64,000 nt of DNA from Bacteroidota bacterium (GCA_038747425.1 JBCDJV010000003.1:26857-90856); one strand, 5' to 3'. Shown: positions 45,401 through 53,445, counted from the stretch's first letter. Made by a program: numbers and translations. Notes: generated by a model from the letters alone, not told the origin.

Positions 45401-45513
45401 GGGTACTCCCGCACCCCCAGAAACGTGAACGCGATCACGCCAAAGAGCACGATCACGATCGTCATCACCCAGGCCAACACCGGCCGCCGAATCGAAAGCG
45501 AGGAGAGAGACAT
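42421..45513 (-). CDS. RND efflux transporter permease (AcrB/HAE1-like)
   Basis: 1030 aa. MSLSSLSIRRPVLAWVMTIVIVLFG..., 12-TM/two-loop RND architecture, and conserved TM4 VVDDAIVVLENI. Confidence 0.93.
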   Translation of the reverse strand: MSLSSLSIRRPVLAWVMTIVIVLFGVIAFTFLGVREYPAVDPPVITVSTNYPGANAEVIENQLTEPLEESINGVAGIRTLTSVSREGRSTITVEFDLDTDLEAAANDVRDRVSRAVRSLPPDADPPTVSKADADAQPIVFLNIKSDERNLLELSRLADEVFKERVQTIPGVSSVQIWGDKEYAMRIWIDPARLAAYRLSPLDVRTALARENVELPSGRIEGRDVELTVRTLSRLETPEEFNNLIVKEDGGRVVRLRDIGRAELGPLNERTILKRGGIPMVGVVLQPQPGANYIAITDEFYRRVDQIRADLPPDIELGVGFDVTDFIRESVSEVQQTIFIAFLLVILIIFLFLRDWRTTVIPVIVIPVSLIGAFFVMYLAGFSINVLTLLGIVLAIGLVVDDAIVVLENIYAKIEQGMDPVQAGIVGAKEIFFAVVATTLSLVAVFLPILFLGGLTGRLFREFGVTLAAAVVISSFVALTLTPMLSTRLLKKRAQQPWFYRATEPFFERLTEAYRGSLEGFLKRRWLAFPVVLACFGLIYLFLNILPQELTPTEDRSRVRMFATAPEGATFEFMDQYVDAFIDIAEQTAPEADAIITVTSPGFSAAGSVNSAFGFLVLNDPDERERTQSEIAAQVGRDIQSLTNARAFVSEPQSIGNRRGGAPVQYVVQAPNLDRLKEVIPPFLDAARQAPEFVFTDVNLKFTKPELRITIDRDRARAAGVAALDIAQTLQLALSAQRIGFFVMDGKQYQVVGQVERQDRNETLDLRSLYVRNAAGESIQLDNLVTVTEESSPPQLYRTDRYVSATFSASLAPGFTIGDGLAVMDGIAEEVLDESFTTTLAGPSREFAESASNLAFVFLFALVLVFLILAAQFESFRDPLTIMFTVPLALSGALFALWYFNHSINIFSQIGMIMLIGIITKNGILIVEFANQRKAAGLDIAEAIRDSAAARFRPILMTACSTSLGILPIALALGAGAESRVPMGVAIIGGLLIGTVLTLYVVPATYLYLTRKEPAKVAVDEATLLQTVEAG

Positions 45514-45700
45514 TTAAATGGTGAATGGTGAGTTGAGAATGATGAATGGTGAATGAGGAGTGGGCTTGAGGTTGGTGGAGCCTGTTGGGGCTACTTGAAC
45601 GTGGATACCTCGTCCATGCGGGGAGGATGGCGCGTCGGGGTCGTTGGGCAGCCGTTCACCATTCATACTTCACCACTCACCATTCACCGTTCACCATTTA
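45514..45700. repeat. GGTGAAT-heptamer inverted-repeat element, copy C (largest; intra-operon)
   Basis: Left arm from 45514: TTAAAT GGTGAAT GGTGAGT TGAGAAT GATGAAT GGTGAAT GAGGAGT. Reverse complement of the right arm (45652..45700): TTAAAT GGTGAAC GGTGAAT GGTGAGT GGTGAAG TATGAAT GGTGAAC. Fills the gap between the adaptor stop (TAA 45698..45700) and the pump ATG (45513..45511). Confidence 0.88.
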
Positions 45701-46786
45701 ATCTCCTGTCAACGTGGCGGGGAGCCCTACGGTGACGGGGAGGCCGGGGCGGAGTTGTTGGATGCCGGAGGTCAGCACGGTGTCTTGAGGGGCCAGGCCA
45801 GACACGATCTGAACACGGTCTGCCAAGCGGATGCCGGTCTCGACCTGCCGGGGCATGGCTTGGCCGTTCTGGTAGACGTACAGCTTCTGGCCGCCCAGCT
45901 CGGGGATGACGGCGATGGTGGGCACGGTCAGGGCGTCTTCGATGGTCTCGAAGACCAGCTCGACATCCGCGAAGAGGCCCGGGCGCAGGACGCCGCCGGG
46001 GTTGGCCGCACGGGCCCGCAGGCGGACCGTGCGGGTATTGGGGTCCACGGTGGGCTCGTAGGCGAAGACGCGGCCGGTGTACGGATCCGTCTGGCCGACC
46101 ACACGAAACACGATCTCATCGCCCACCTGGACGCGGTTGGCATAACGCTCGGGGATAGAAAACTCGACCTTGATGGAGCCCAGGTCCTGGAGCGTGGCGA
46201 TGCGGGTGGTGGGCGAGATGTAGGCGCCGTCGCTGACGTAGCGAAGCCCCACCACGCCGTCGAACGGCGCCCGCACCTCGGTGCGGCGGATCTCGGCGTC
46301 GATCAGCTCCAGCTCAGCGCGGAGCACGTTGAGTTCGTTGAGGGTCTCGTCGTATTCCTGCTGGCTGATGCCGCCTTTGTCGAGCAGGGCCTGCTGGCGA
46401 GTCTCGCGGCTCTCGGCCAGCCGCAGGCGGTACTCAGCTTGGCGGTAGCGCGCCTGGAGCTGCTCGTCGTTGATCTTGACGAGCAGAGCGCCGGCCCGAA
46501 CGGCGCGGCCCTCTTCAAAGAGGATCTGCGTGACTTTGCCCGAGGTCTCGGCGGTGAGGTCGACCTGCTCATTGGCGAGCAGCGTGCCGGTCGCTAGGAT
46601 GCGATCATCGAGTGCTTCTTCGGTGATGATCTGGGCATTGACGCGCAGGCGGGTGTCGCTGGGCCGGGCGGCTGGCGCGGCCTCGGCCGTGTCGGCGCGG
46701 AGGTCGGGCAGCTTGGGCCAGGCCAGTCCTACGATCACCACGACGGCCACGAGGCCCCAGAGTACACGTTTCAGGATCGGGCTCAT
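45698..46786 (-). CDS. RND efflux periplasmic adaptor (membrane fusion protein)
   Basis: ATG 46786 (MSPILKRVLWGLVAVVVIVGL); the ORF extends to a GTG at 46813. Has lipoyl, coiled-coil and beta-barrel segments typical of the HlyD_D23 family. Confidence 0.88.
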   Translation of the reverse strand: MSPILKRVLWGLVAVVVIVGLAWPKLPDLRADTAEAAPAARPSDTRLRVNAQIITEEALDDRILATGTLLANEQVDLTAETSGKVTQILFEEGRAVRAGALLVKINDEQLQARYRQAEYRLRLAESRETRQQALLDKGGISQQEYDETLNELNVLRAELELIDAEIRRTEVRAPFDGVVGLRYVSDGAYISPTTRIATLQDLGSIKVEFSIPERYANRVQVGDEIVFRVVGQTDPYTGRVFAYEPTVDPNTRTVRLRARAANPGGVLRPGLFADVELVFETIEDALTVPTIAVIPELGGQKLYVYQNGQAMPRQVETGIRLADRVQIVSGLAPQDTVLTSGIQQLRPGLPVTVGLPATLTGD

Positions 46787-47011
46787 GGGTACGAGGGGAA
46801 CGATGGGGGACACGCCAGCAATGCGTGGCGCCCGTCGAGGATTCGAAGCGACCTCGCCCTGAGTCAGGTGTTACAAGGGTGTTGCTAGCTTTCCCAGGAT
46901 CCAAGAGCCACCGCTTGGACCTGACCCTCTACCGGATCGCTCCCCGGCGGCTCCCTGAGAGACGGTGAGGCGCACACCCGGCACGCCCAATCGCACATCG
47001 ATGACACCAAG

Positions 47012-47035
47012 CGATGACCGCCGCGGCGGTCATCG
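47012..47035 (-). terminator. Perfect 24-nt palindrome CGATGACCGCCGCGGCGGTCATCG spanning the cellulase stop codon (candidate terminator hairpin, no clear U-tract)
   Basis: I verified the reverse complement as identical. The GH5 stop codon (47030..47032) lies inside the stem. Confidence 0.4.
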
Positions 47036-49027
47036 TTTGAGGATAGCATCCTGCCACATCACGCGGCCTTGATCCATGAGGCGGACCACGTAGAGCCCGG
47101 GGGCCAGATCGCCCAGCGGGATGTCTTGGCGCATCGCCGAGAGCGAGGTGCGCAGCACCCGCCGGCCCAGCGCGTCGTACAGCTCGAGGGTCTGGCCGGG
47201 CCCCCAGCGGTCGATTTGAACGGAGAGCGTGGTGCCTACGGGATTCGGATACACCGCGACGGCCGTGTGCGGGACGTCTGGCTCCGTGGCCGTGGCTTGT
47301 ACCGCCGTCAGCTCGAAGCGGTCGATGTTGAAGGGGCGTGCCACGAGGATGCTGAGCCGCAGGATCTGCTGACCGGCCTCCAGGTCCAGCGTGGTCGTCA
47401 TCGGGGTGAGCGTCTGGTCGTCGCCGGTGGGAGTCACGCGGAGGGCGCGGCTGTCCACGCCACCGGCTTCGAACCGGAAGCGCCCACCGCCCTCGGTGGC
47501 CGCCACGTAGGTCGTGATCTCGTAGGTCCCGGCCTCTTGGACGTCAACCGTGTATTCGAGCCACTCCCCCGTGGCCGTGCGCACCACCTGGAAGCCGCCG
47601 TCGTCGCGGGCGGCGATGTCCACAGCCACACCGGGGCGGTAGGCGCCCGGGGTGTTGAGGGGGTCATCGTCATGGTAGGTGAAACCGTCGCCGCCTTGGT
47701 CGAAGTCCTCCGCTTCGATGACGCCGGGCACCGGAAAGGCGGCGCCCTTGAAGAGGACGCGCATCGGGAGCCGCTCGATCTCGATGGGGTAGGAGATCCG
47801 ATCTGGATCCCCTTCGGCCACCGTCACGACCCGGTAGAGATACGGGATGCCGCCCTCTACCAGAGAGGCATCGGTGAAGGACGTGGCCTCGGCGGGCAGG
47901 GTGGCCACGGTCTCGAACGTGCCCCCCGGCCGCCGACGCTCAATCCGGATAGCCTGGGCCGAGGTCAGGCGGTTTTCCCAGGTCAGGGTAATGGTCGTGT
48001 CTTGAGCCGTTGCACGCAGCAGGGTCGGGCCGTCCGGGTAGGCGTGCAGCAGGATGTCTTTCTCCTCGTTCCAGGTCCGGCTGGACCGTCTGTACACCTC
48101 AAACCACCCCCCGTCGTCCCAGGACTGAAACGCCATGCCCTGCCGAAGGGCCTCCTCCACGTAGGTCGCGTAGAAGGCCATGCGCGAGTTAAAATCGGCC
48201 TCGCGCACGGTCCCGAACTCGCTGATCATCACCGGCATGTTGTTCTCGTCGGACCAGTCCGCCACGTCCTGGAACATGCGGCGGATGGCCGCCCGCTGAG
48301 GGCTTGTGCCCCAGGTGCCTTGCCCCTGGCCTGCAAACGACCAGGGGTCGTAGGCGTGGAAGTAGGCCATCAGGTAGGGATCATCGGGGATGGCGGCATT
48401 CATCAGGTCCTGGGCACTACTGTAGCCATTGCCCGAGTAGATGACCAGACGCGTCGGATTGGTCTCGCGGATGATGGGCAGGATGCGCGCGTTCAGATCG
48501 TCGACCTCAGCGGTGGTCAGGCCAAAGGGTTCGTTGATAATCTCGAACAGCAGCTTGGCCGGCTTGTCCTGGAAGCGGTTGGCAATCTGGACCCAGATGC
48601 TGTCAAAGCGCGCCCGAAGCGCGGGGTTGCTGTAGTTCTGCTTGATCCAGTCGTCGTGGTGCGTGTTGAGGATGACGTACAGATCACGCTCCAGGCCCCA
48701 ATCGATCACCTGCTCCACGCGATCCATCCAGGCCTCGCTGACCGCATACGGGGGGGTGTTGGCCGTATGATTGTCCCACCGCACGGGCACACGGACGGTG
48801 GTGAAACCGGCCGCCACGTAGTCGTCGAAGTAGCGCTCCTGCGCGGGCCCGTTGTTCCAGGCCCCTTCGAGCGGAGGCTCCAGGGTGTTGCCCAGGTTGA
48901 TGCCACGCCCCATCGCCTGCAGGGTCTCGTGGGGGTCGAGCGTGGTGGGCTGAGCGTACGCGGCCGCGGTCAGGATCAGGGCGCTGGCTAGGGCACCCAG
49001 GGTGCGCCGGAAAACAAGACGAAGCAT
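47030..49027 (-). CDS. Secreted GH5 endoglucanase (cellulase) with Fn3-like and CBM6-like modules and a T9SS C-terminal sorting domain
   Basis: ATG 49027 with signal peptide (MLRLVFRRTLGALASALILTAAAYAQ). GH5 acid/base in FEIINEP and nucleophile in MISEFG. CBM6-like segment: IEAEDFDQGGDGFTYHD...WLEYTV. T9SS tail: VYPNPVGTTLSVQI...GLYVVRL. Confidence 0.85.
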   Translation of the reverse strand: MLRLVFRRTLGALASALILTAAAYAQPTTLDPHETLQAMGRGINLGNTLEPPLEGAWNNGPAQERYFDDYVAAGFTTVRVPVRWDNHTANTPPYAVSEAWMDRVEQVIDWGLERDLYVILNTHHDDWIKQNYSNPALRARFDSIWVQIANRFQDKPAKLLFEIINEPFGLTTAEVDDLNARILPIIRETNPTRLVIYSGNGYSSAQDLMNAAIPDDPYLMAYFHAYDPWSFAGQGQGTWGTSPQRAAIRRMFQDVADWSDENNMPVMISEFGTVREADFNSRMAFYATYVEEALRQGMAFQSWDDGGWFEVYRRSSRTWNEEKDILLHAYPDGPTLLRATAQDTTITLTWENRLTSAQAIRIERRRPGGTFETVATLPAEATSFTDASLVEGGIPYLYRVVTVAEGDPDRISYPIEIERLPMRVLFKGAAFPVPGVIEAEDFDQGGDGFTYHDDDPLNTPGAYRPGVAVDIAARDDGGFQVVRTATGEWLEYTVDVQEAGTYEITTYVAATEGGGRFRFEAGGVDSRALRVTPTGDDQTLTPMTTTLDLEAGQQILRLSILVARPFNIDRFELTAVQATATEPDVPHTAVAVYPNPVGTTLSVQIDRWGPGQTLELYDALGRRVLRTSLSAMRQDIPLGDLAPGLYVVRLMDQGRVMWQDAILKR

Positions 49028-49168
49028 ACAGGAGTCGCCGCGGTTGAGCATCAAAACGGGAGGCGGTGGATGATACGTGCCTGCCCCCTCACGGACAAGG
49101 GGCGGGCCTGTCACGGACGGGCCAGGCTACCGGATCAAGCCGAGGCGGGGCCCCGCGGGCCGCCGTCC

Positions 49169-51205
49169 TCAGTCTTCCGGATGGTCTACGTTCAGGTCCT
49201 CCGGGAGCGCGGGGCTGGGCTCGCCATCCCCGGCCGGCATCGCCTCGGAGGAGGCGGCCACGAGCGGGGCCTCCGCTGGGCGCTGCATGCTGTCTTCGAG
49301 AAGCTCGTCCGCGATCTTCATGAAATCATACTCGGTGATCATGCCAAGGAGTTGGCCTTCGCTCACCACAGGCAAGGCGCTCACCTTGTGCTGGCGCATC
49401 AAGGCCAGGGCATCGGCCGTGAGGGTCTCGGGAGCTACCGAGATGGGCTTGGTGATCATGATCTCTTTCACGGGCGTCCCCACGCCGTCCTCCTCTTGGC
49501 TCTGATAGCGCGAGAGGTAGCGGATCAGGTTGCGGTGGGACACCAAGCCCACCAACCGATGCTCCAGGTCTTCCACCACCACGTGCCGGATACGGCGCCA
49601 GTCCATGAGGCAGGCCACCAGCTCCACGAGCTCATTTTCGTTGACCGTGAAGAGGTCGGTGGACATGAAGTGCTCCACCCGCGTCTTCTGCATGTTGCGC
49701 ATGCTGGTGTGCCGCTCCAGGCGAGCGGGAGGCCACATGTGGACCGGCTGGCCTTCCTGCTGCTGCTCGATCATGCTGGACACTACGGCGGTGAGGCGGT
49801 CTGAGCGAGACCCCCCTTCGCGCTTCATGCTGTTCAGCGAGTGAAGCATCCATTGCGACCCCGTGTGCTGAGACGCCACCCGCTCCCGGATGATGTTGAG
49901 GTAGCGGTCGATGTCTCCCGTGTCGATGCCCGCGTGCGCCAGGCCCTGCTGAGCCAGCGGCAGGATGTGGTCCAGCAGGAGCGTCGTGGCCGGGATGCGG
50001 GTCCCATCCAGCCAAGTCATCGCCGTGTTCAAGCCCAGGCGGGCCGCCGACACGAAGTTGTACTTGGCGTGGTCGAAGTCCATATGCTGCGTGATGTCGT
50101 CGTAGGTCATGGCCAGGCCACTTACGAGGCCGAACCACAGCGCGGCGTTGGCCACCTCATCCACCGCCGTGGGCCCCGAGGGCAGCACCCGGTTTTCGAT
50201 GCGGAGGTGCGGCTTCCCGGTGTCCGAGATGCCGTAGCAGGCCCGGTTCCAGCGGTAGACGGTGCCGTTGTGCAGCATGAGCGCACGCAGCTTGGGGATG
50301 CCGCCAGCCTGCAGCACGTCGAACGGGTCGTCCAGCCGATCCTCGGCCCCCAGCAGCACCCGGAAGCGGGCGATGTCCTCACGGAACAGCTCCATCACAG
50401 ACTCCCGCATCCACTCGGACCCGAAGTGCACGCGGGGACTCATCTCGCGCAGATACAGGTTGCTGCTGCGCGTGTCCACCGCCTGCTCGAAGAGCGCAAT
50501 GCGGGTCTCCTGCCACAGCCGCTTGCCGAAGAGCACGGGCGAGTTGACCGCCGCCGCCAGGACGGGCCCAGCCACCGCCTGCGCGATGTTGTAGTACTTG
50601 GCAAACTCGTGGGGCGACACCTGGAAGTGGGTCTGAAAGCTGGTGTTGCACCCTTCCAGCATGATGGAGTCGTGCTTGACGAACAGCTCATCCATCCCCC
50701 GAATCTGGAACTGGGCCGGCCCCCCTCGCAGGTTGCAGATGGTGTCGTTGAGAGCATAGTAGCGGGGCTTGGGCATCATGTTATCCATCGACAGATCCGA
50801 GAGGTGGATCGTCGGCAGGATGCCCACCATGGCAATGTCACCACCGGCCCCCTGCGCTAGCGCACGCGTGTGATCCAGGAGTTCGTTCAACTCCTGCTCC
50901 ATCTCGGACAGGCAGGTGCCTTCGAACACCCGGGGGTTCATGTTGAACTCCAGGTTGAAGCGCGTCAGCTCGCTGACCAGGCGCTCCTCGGTATTCGTGG
51001 CCAGGACTTCCTCGGCGATGGGCGCCGGCTGCCACTGGTGATCGACCAGAAACAGCTCTTGTTCAGCCCCAATGCGGGTGATGCCGGTCTCGAACATCTG
51101 CTGATCGAGCATGTGTTCCAAGGCGCGGACGTCCTCAATCAGCTGGCGCGTGAACCGGCGGAGGGCGGCGTCGTCTTGGAGCCGCGCGACGTTGTGATCA
51201 CCCAT
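49169..51205 (-). CDS. Glutamate-cysteine ligase family 2 (GCS2/carboxylate-amine ligase)-like enzyme fused to a C-terminal CBS pair
   Basis: 678 aa. N-terminal IGAEQELFLVD...FNMNP...GCNTSFQTHFQV is a GCS2-type fold signature. The C-terminus carries two CBS motifs (HFMSTDLFTVNEN...VVVEDLEHRLVGLVSHRNL and VKEIMITKPISVAP...LPVVSEGQLLGMITEYD). Confidence 0.7.
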   Translation of the reverse strand: MGDHNVARLQDDAALRRFTRQLIEDVRALEHMLDQQMFETGITRIGAEQELFLVDHQWQPAPIAEEVLATNTEERLVSELTRFNLEFNMNPRVFEGTCLSEMEQELNELLDHTRALAQGAGGDIAMVGILPTIHLSDLSMDNMMPKPRYYALNDTICNLRGGPAQFQIRGMDELFVKHDSIMLEGCNTSFQTHFQVSPHEFAKYYNIAQAVAGPVLAAAVNSPVLFGKRLWQETRIALFEQAVDTRSSNLYLREMSPRVHFGSEWMRESVMELFREDIARFRVLLGAEDRLDDPFDVLQAGGIPKLRALMLHNGTVYRWNRACYGISDTGKPHLRIENRVLPSGPTAVDEVANAALWFGLVSGLAMTYDDITQHMDFDHAKYNFVSAARLGLNTAMTWLDGTRIPATTLLLDHILPLAQQGLAHAGIDTGDIDRYLNIIRERVASQHTGSQWMLHSLNSMKREGGSRSDRLTAVVSSMIEQQQEGQPVHMWPPARLERHTSMRNMQKTRVEHFMSTDLFTVNENELVELVACLMDWRRIRHVVVEDLEHRLVGLVSHRNLIRYLSRYQSQEEDGVGTPVKEIMITKPISVAPETLTADALALMRQHKVSALPVVSEGQLLGMITEYDFMKIADELLEDSMQRPAEAPLVAASSEAMPAGDGEPSPALPEDLNVDHPED

Positions 51206-51381
51206 ACAGATACCCTAGGAGCTATCAAGTTAGAATTTATGGTGTGTAAAATAATGATATAGAGGCAAATTGTTGCATAATCTAGAGCTAATTGGGGGGA
51301 TGTAGAGCGAAAGCACACGCGCTACGGGCCGGGTCTATCCTGAGGCGATTCAGTTCGGCGGCTCGGGCATCGCCCAAGCTC

Positions 51382-53445
51382 TCAGCGCACCAGCACCAGC
51401 CGCGCACACGTCCGCCCGGCCCTCTGGGTCACGCAGGCCACGTACACGCCGGCCGCTTGCTCAGCCGGCATCTGCCAGACCACCTGGTGAGTCCCCGTCG
51501 AGCGCCAGCCCCAATCCGCGTGGAAGACGCGGCGCCCCAGCAGGTCGAACACGTCGAGCGCGACGGGGCCTGGGGCCGCCACCACTAGGCTCAGCGTGGT
51601 CCGGCCTGACGTGGGCACGGGGTGCCAGGAGAACGTCGCACCTTCTGGCCCCGGTGGCGATTCCTTGGTCGAGGACGGCGCGGCCGCATCGCGGCTGAAG
51701 GCGGCTACGTCGCCGAAGAGGACGCTCAGGCGCGCACGGTCCAAGGCCAGGTTCTGCCGCGCTGGACGGCCGGCGTATCGCTGCGGCCTCGCCATCGTGG
51801 TGGCCTCTGTGGCATCCAGCACCAAGGTGAGTGGCTCGGCCGATAGGCTCTGCGTGTTGGCCGCCCGCCCCCCGGCCGACGATCCCAGGACGCCCTCAGC
51901 GCCGTCGGCCACGAGCACGCCATAGGCCGCCTGGGCCTGCCCGACGCCCCAGAGCCATCCCGCCAGGTGGTTTTCCTGGAAGCGATAGTCGGTCGGTGGG
52001 GCCTCGGGGTACAGGCCGGTCATGAAGACGGTCTCGGGGACGAGACCCGTGGCCGGGGCCCAGGTGAGCGTGCCTCGGAAGGCCGCGTCCTGACGGGCTT
52101 CGGTACCCTGCACGTGCCCTGCCCCGGCCACCTGGAGGTCGTCGCCCAGAAACCACGTGGCGAGGCCGTCCTCTTCGGCAGCGCGGGCGCGGAGCGTGGC
52201 CCCCACGGCGCGGGTGGGGTCGAGGAAGGCGGTCAAGGCGGCGGGGTCGTTGTCCACAAACACCGCCAGCCGGGCGGCTTCCAGCTGGGCCACCAGGTCG
52301 GCGCGGTGGGCCTCGGCTTCGTTCACGAGGATGAGGTCCAGCGGGATGCCGCGTGCCTGCCACGCCGTGGCGAGGCGGTCCGCCACCGGGCTGTTGGCGC
52401 GCGTAAACAGGAGGACGGGCGGCCGCAGCGTCTGCGGCAGCAGACGGTCCGGGGCCAACCAGTCCTCGACGGTGCCGCCTACGCTGAAGCCCGCCACCCA
52501 GGGCCACCGCGCCGAGGCCGCGCTGAACGGCTCGGCCGAGGCCGGCGCTTCCACCACGGTGCCCGCGGTGAGGTCCAGCACGAACCCGGCCGTCGCCTGC
52601 ACGAAGGGTACGTCGCGGAGGTCGAGCGATCGCCGCCGATCCTCGCGCAGCGGGGGGGCCGCGGCCGGACGGAGAAGCGCCACCACACCCGCGCCCAGGA
52701 CTTCGGCCTGCCCATCGGGCCCGACGCCCAGGGCGGTGCCATCGTCCACGCCCACGCCCTGTACCCACCGGCCCGTATCCACCTCGTAGCGGGCGAGTAA
52801 GGCGGCCAGCCGCGGAAGCCGGCCGCGCTCGTAGAGATGGGTCTCCACCAGGACGCCGGGGAGGAGACCCAGGAAGGTGTCGCGCAGGGTGAGGCGCACG
52901 TCCAGCGGGTTCGCCAGCGACTCGCGCGCGAAGACGGTCCCTTGCTCGGCCGCAAAGACAACCTCGCCCAGCACCATGGCCCCAGCGCTGGTGCCTCCCA
53001 CCACCCCCCCACGGTCGAACACGGCGCGGATGGCGGCCTCGGTACGCGTGCTGCGCCAGAGCGCCAGGTATTGGGCCTGATCGCCACCCGGCAGGAAGAT
53101 CCCATCGGCGGCCTCGATCTGCGCGGCCACGTCGCCCCGGTTGGCCGTGGCCCGGCTGGCGATGGGCAGGTAGGTAGCCGTGGCCCCAGCGGCCTCGAAA
53201 GCCGCCGGGTGGGAGAGTGCATCCTCGCGGTAGTCCACCACCACAATCTGGCGGTTGGGAGCCCGCTCCACCATCCAGGCATAGGCCTCCTCCGGTACCG
53301 TGCCTCCGCCCACGAGGAGCACATGACCTTGGGCCACAGCCATCCCCGGTATCAGCAGCCAGCATACACCGAGCAGACCAACCCAGCCGCAGCGTCCCTG
53401 ATAGTGGCGGGGGATCCGGCCTCTCAAGCGACCCAGAATGTCCAT
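51382..53445 (-). CDS. Secreted tandem peptidase S51 (cyanophycinase-like) protein with T9SS C-terminal sorting domain
   Basis: ATG 53445. The first S51 module has the nucleophile motif GGTSAGAMV. The second S51-like module lacks the Ser (GDDLQVAGAG). The C-terminal beta-rich tail (LSLVVAAPGPVALDVFDLLGRRV...AGVYVACV) is T9SS CTD-like. Confidence 0.7.
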   Translation of the reverse strand: MDILGRLRGRIPRHYQGRCGWVGLLGVCWLLIPGMAVAQGHVLLVGGGTVPEEAYAWMVERAPNRQIVVVDYREDALSHPAAFEAAGATATYLPIASRATANRGDVAAQIEAADGIFLPGGDQAQYLALWRSTRTEAAIRAVFDRGGVVGGTSAGAMVLGEVVFAAEQGTVFARESLANPLDVRLTLRDTFLGLLPGVLVETHLYERGRLPRLAALLARYEVDTGRWVQGVGVDDGTALGVGPDGQAEVLGAGVVALLRPAAAPPLREDRRRSLDLRDVPFVQATAGFVLDLTAGTVVEAPASAEPFSAASARWPWVAGFSVGGTVEDWLAPDRLLPQTLRPPVLLFTRANSPVADRLATAWQARGIPLDLILVNEAEAHRADLVAQLEAARLAVFVDNDPAALTAFLDPTRAVGATLRARAAEEDGLATWFLGDDLQVAGAGHVQGTEARQDAAFRGTLTWAPATGLVPETVFMTGLYPEAPPTDYRFQENHLAGWLWGVGQAQAAYGVLVADGAEGVLGSSAGGRAANTQSLSAEPLTLVLDATEATTMARPQRYAGRPARQNLALDRARLSVLFGDVAAFSRDAAAPSSTKESPPGPEGATFSWHPVPTSGRTTLSLVVAAPGPVALDVFDLLGRRVFHADWGWRSTGTHQVVWQMPAEQAAGVYVACVTQRAGRTCARLVLVR

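Noticed and set aside
42811-45531. 906-aa plus-strand ORF, the longest 'extra' ORF in the track
   Set aside because: It is exactly antisense to the well-supported RND pump gene. The translation is Arg/Gly/His/Asp/Pro-rich low-complexity sequence with no motifs. Long stop-free antisense frames are expected at this GC content.
45514-45700. Whether the short repeats could be a CRISPR array or a coding repeat
   Set aside because: The units are 7 nt, contiguous, and arranged as inverted arrays with no spacers and no cas genes. A 7-nt period is incompatible with a reading frame. They are classified as a REP/STRR-like non-coding element instead.
46826-46856. tRNA-like 3' end on the minus strand (…CGAGGTCGCTTCGAATCCTCGACGGGCGCCA)
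   Set aside because: The TTCGAAT sits in an 11-nt loop between CGAGG and CCTCG rather than a 7-nt T-loop. No complementary 5' acceptor strand or anticodon/D arms lie within about 90 nt. It is most likely a 5'-UTR hairpin of the efflux operon.
47069-48991. 640-aa plus-strand ORF
   Set aside because: It is antisense to the GH5 cellulase gene, which has clear catalytic motifs, a CBM and a T9SS tail. The antisense product is low-complexity.
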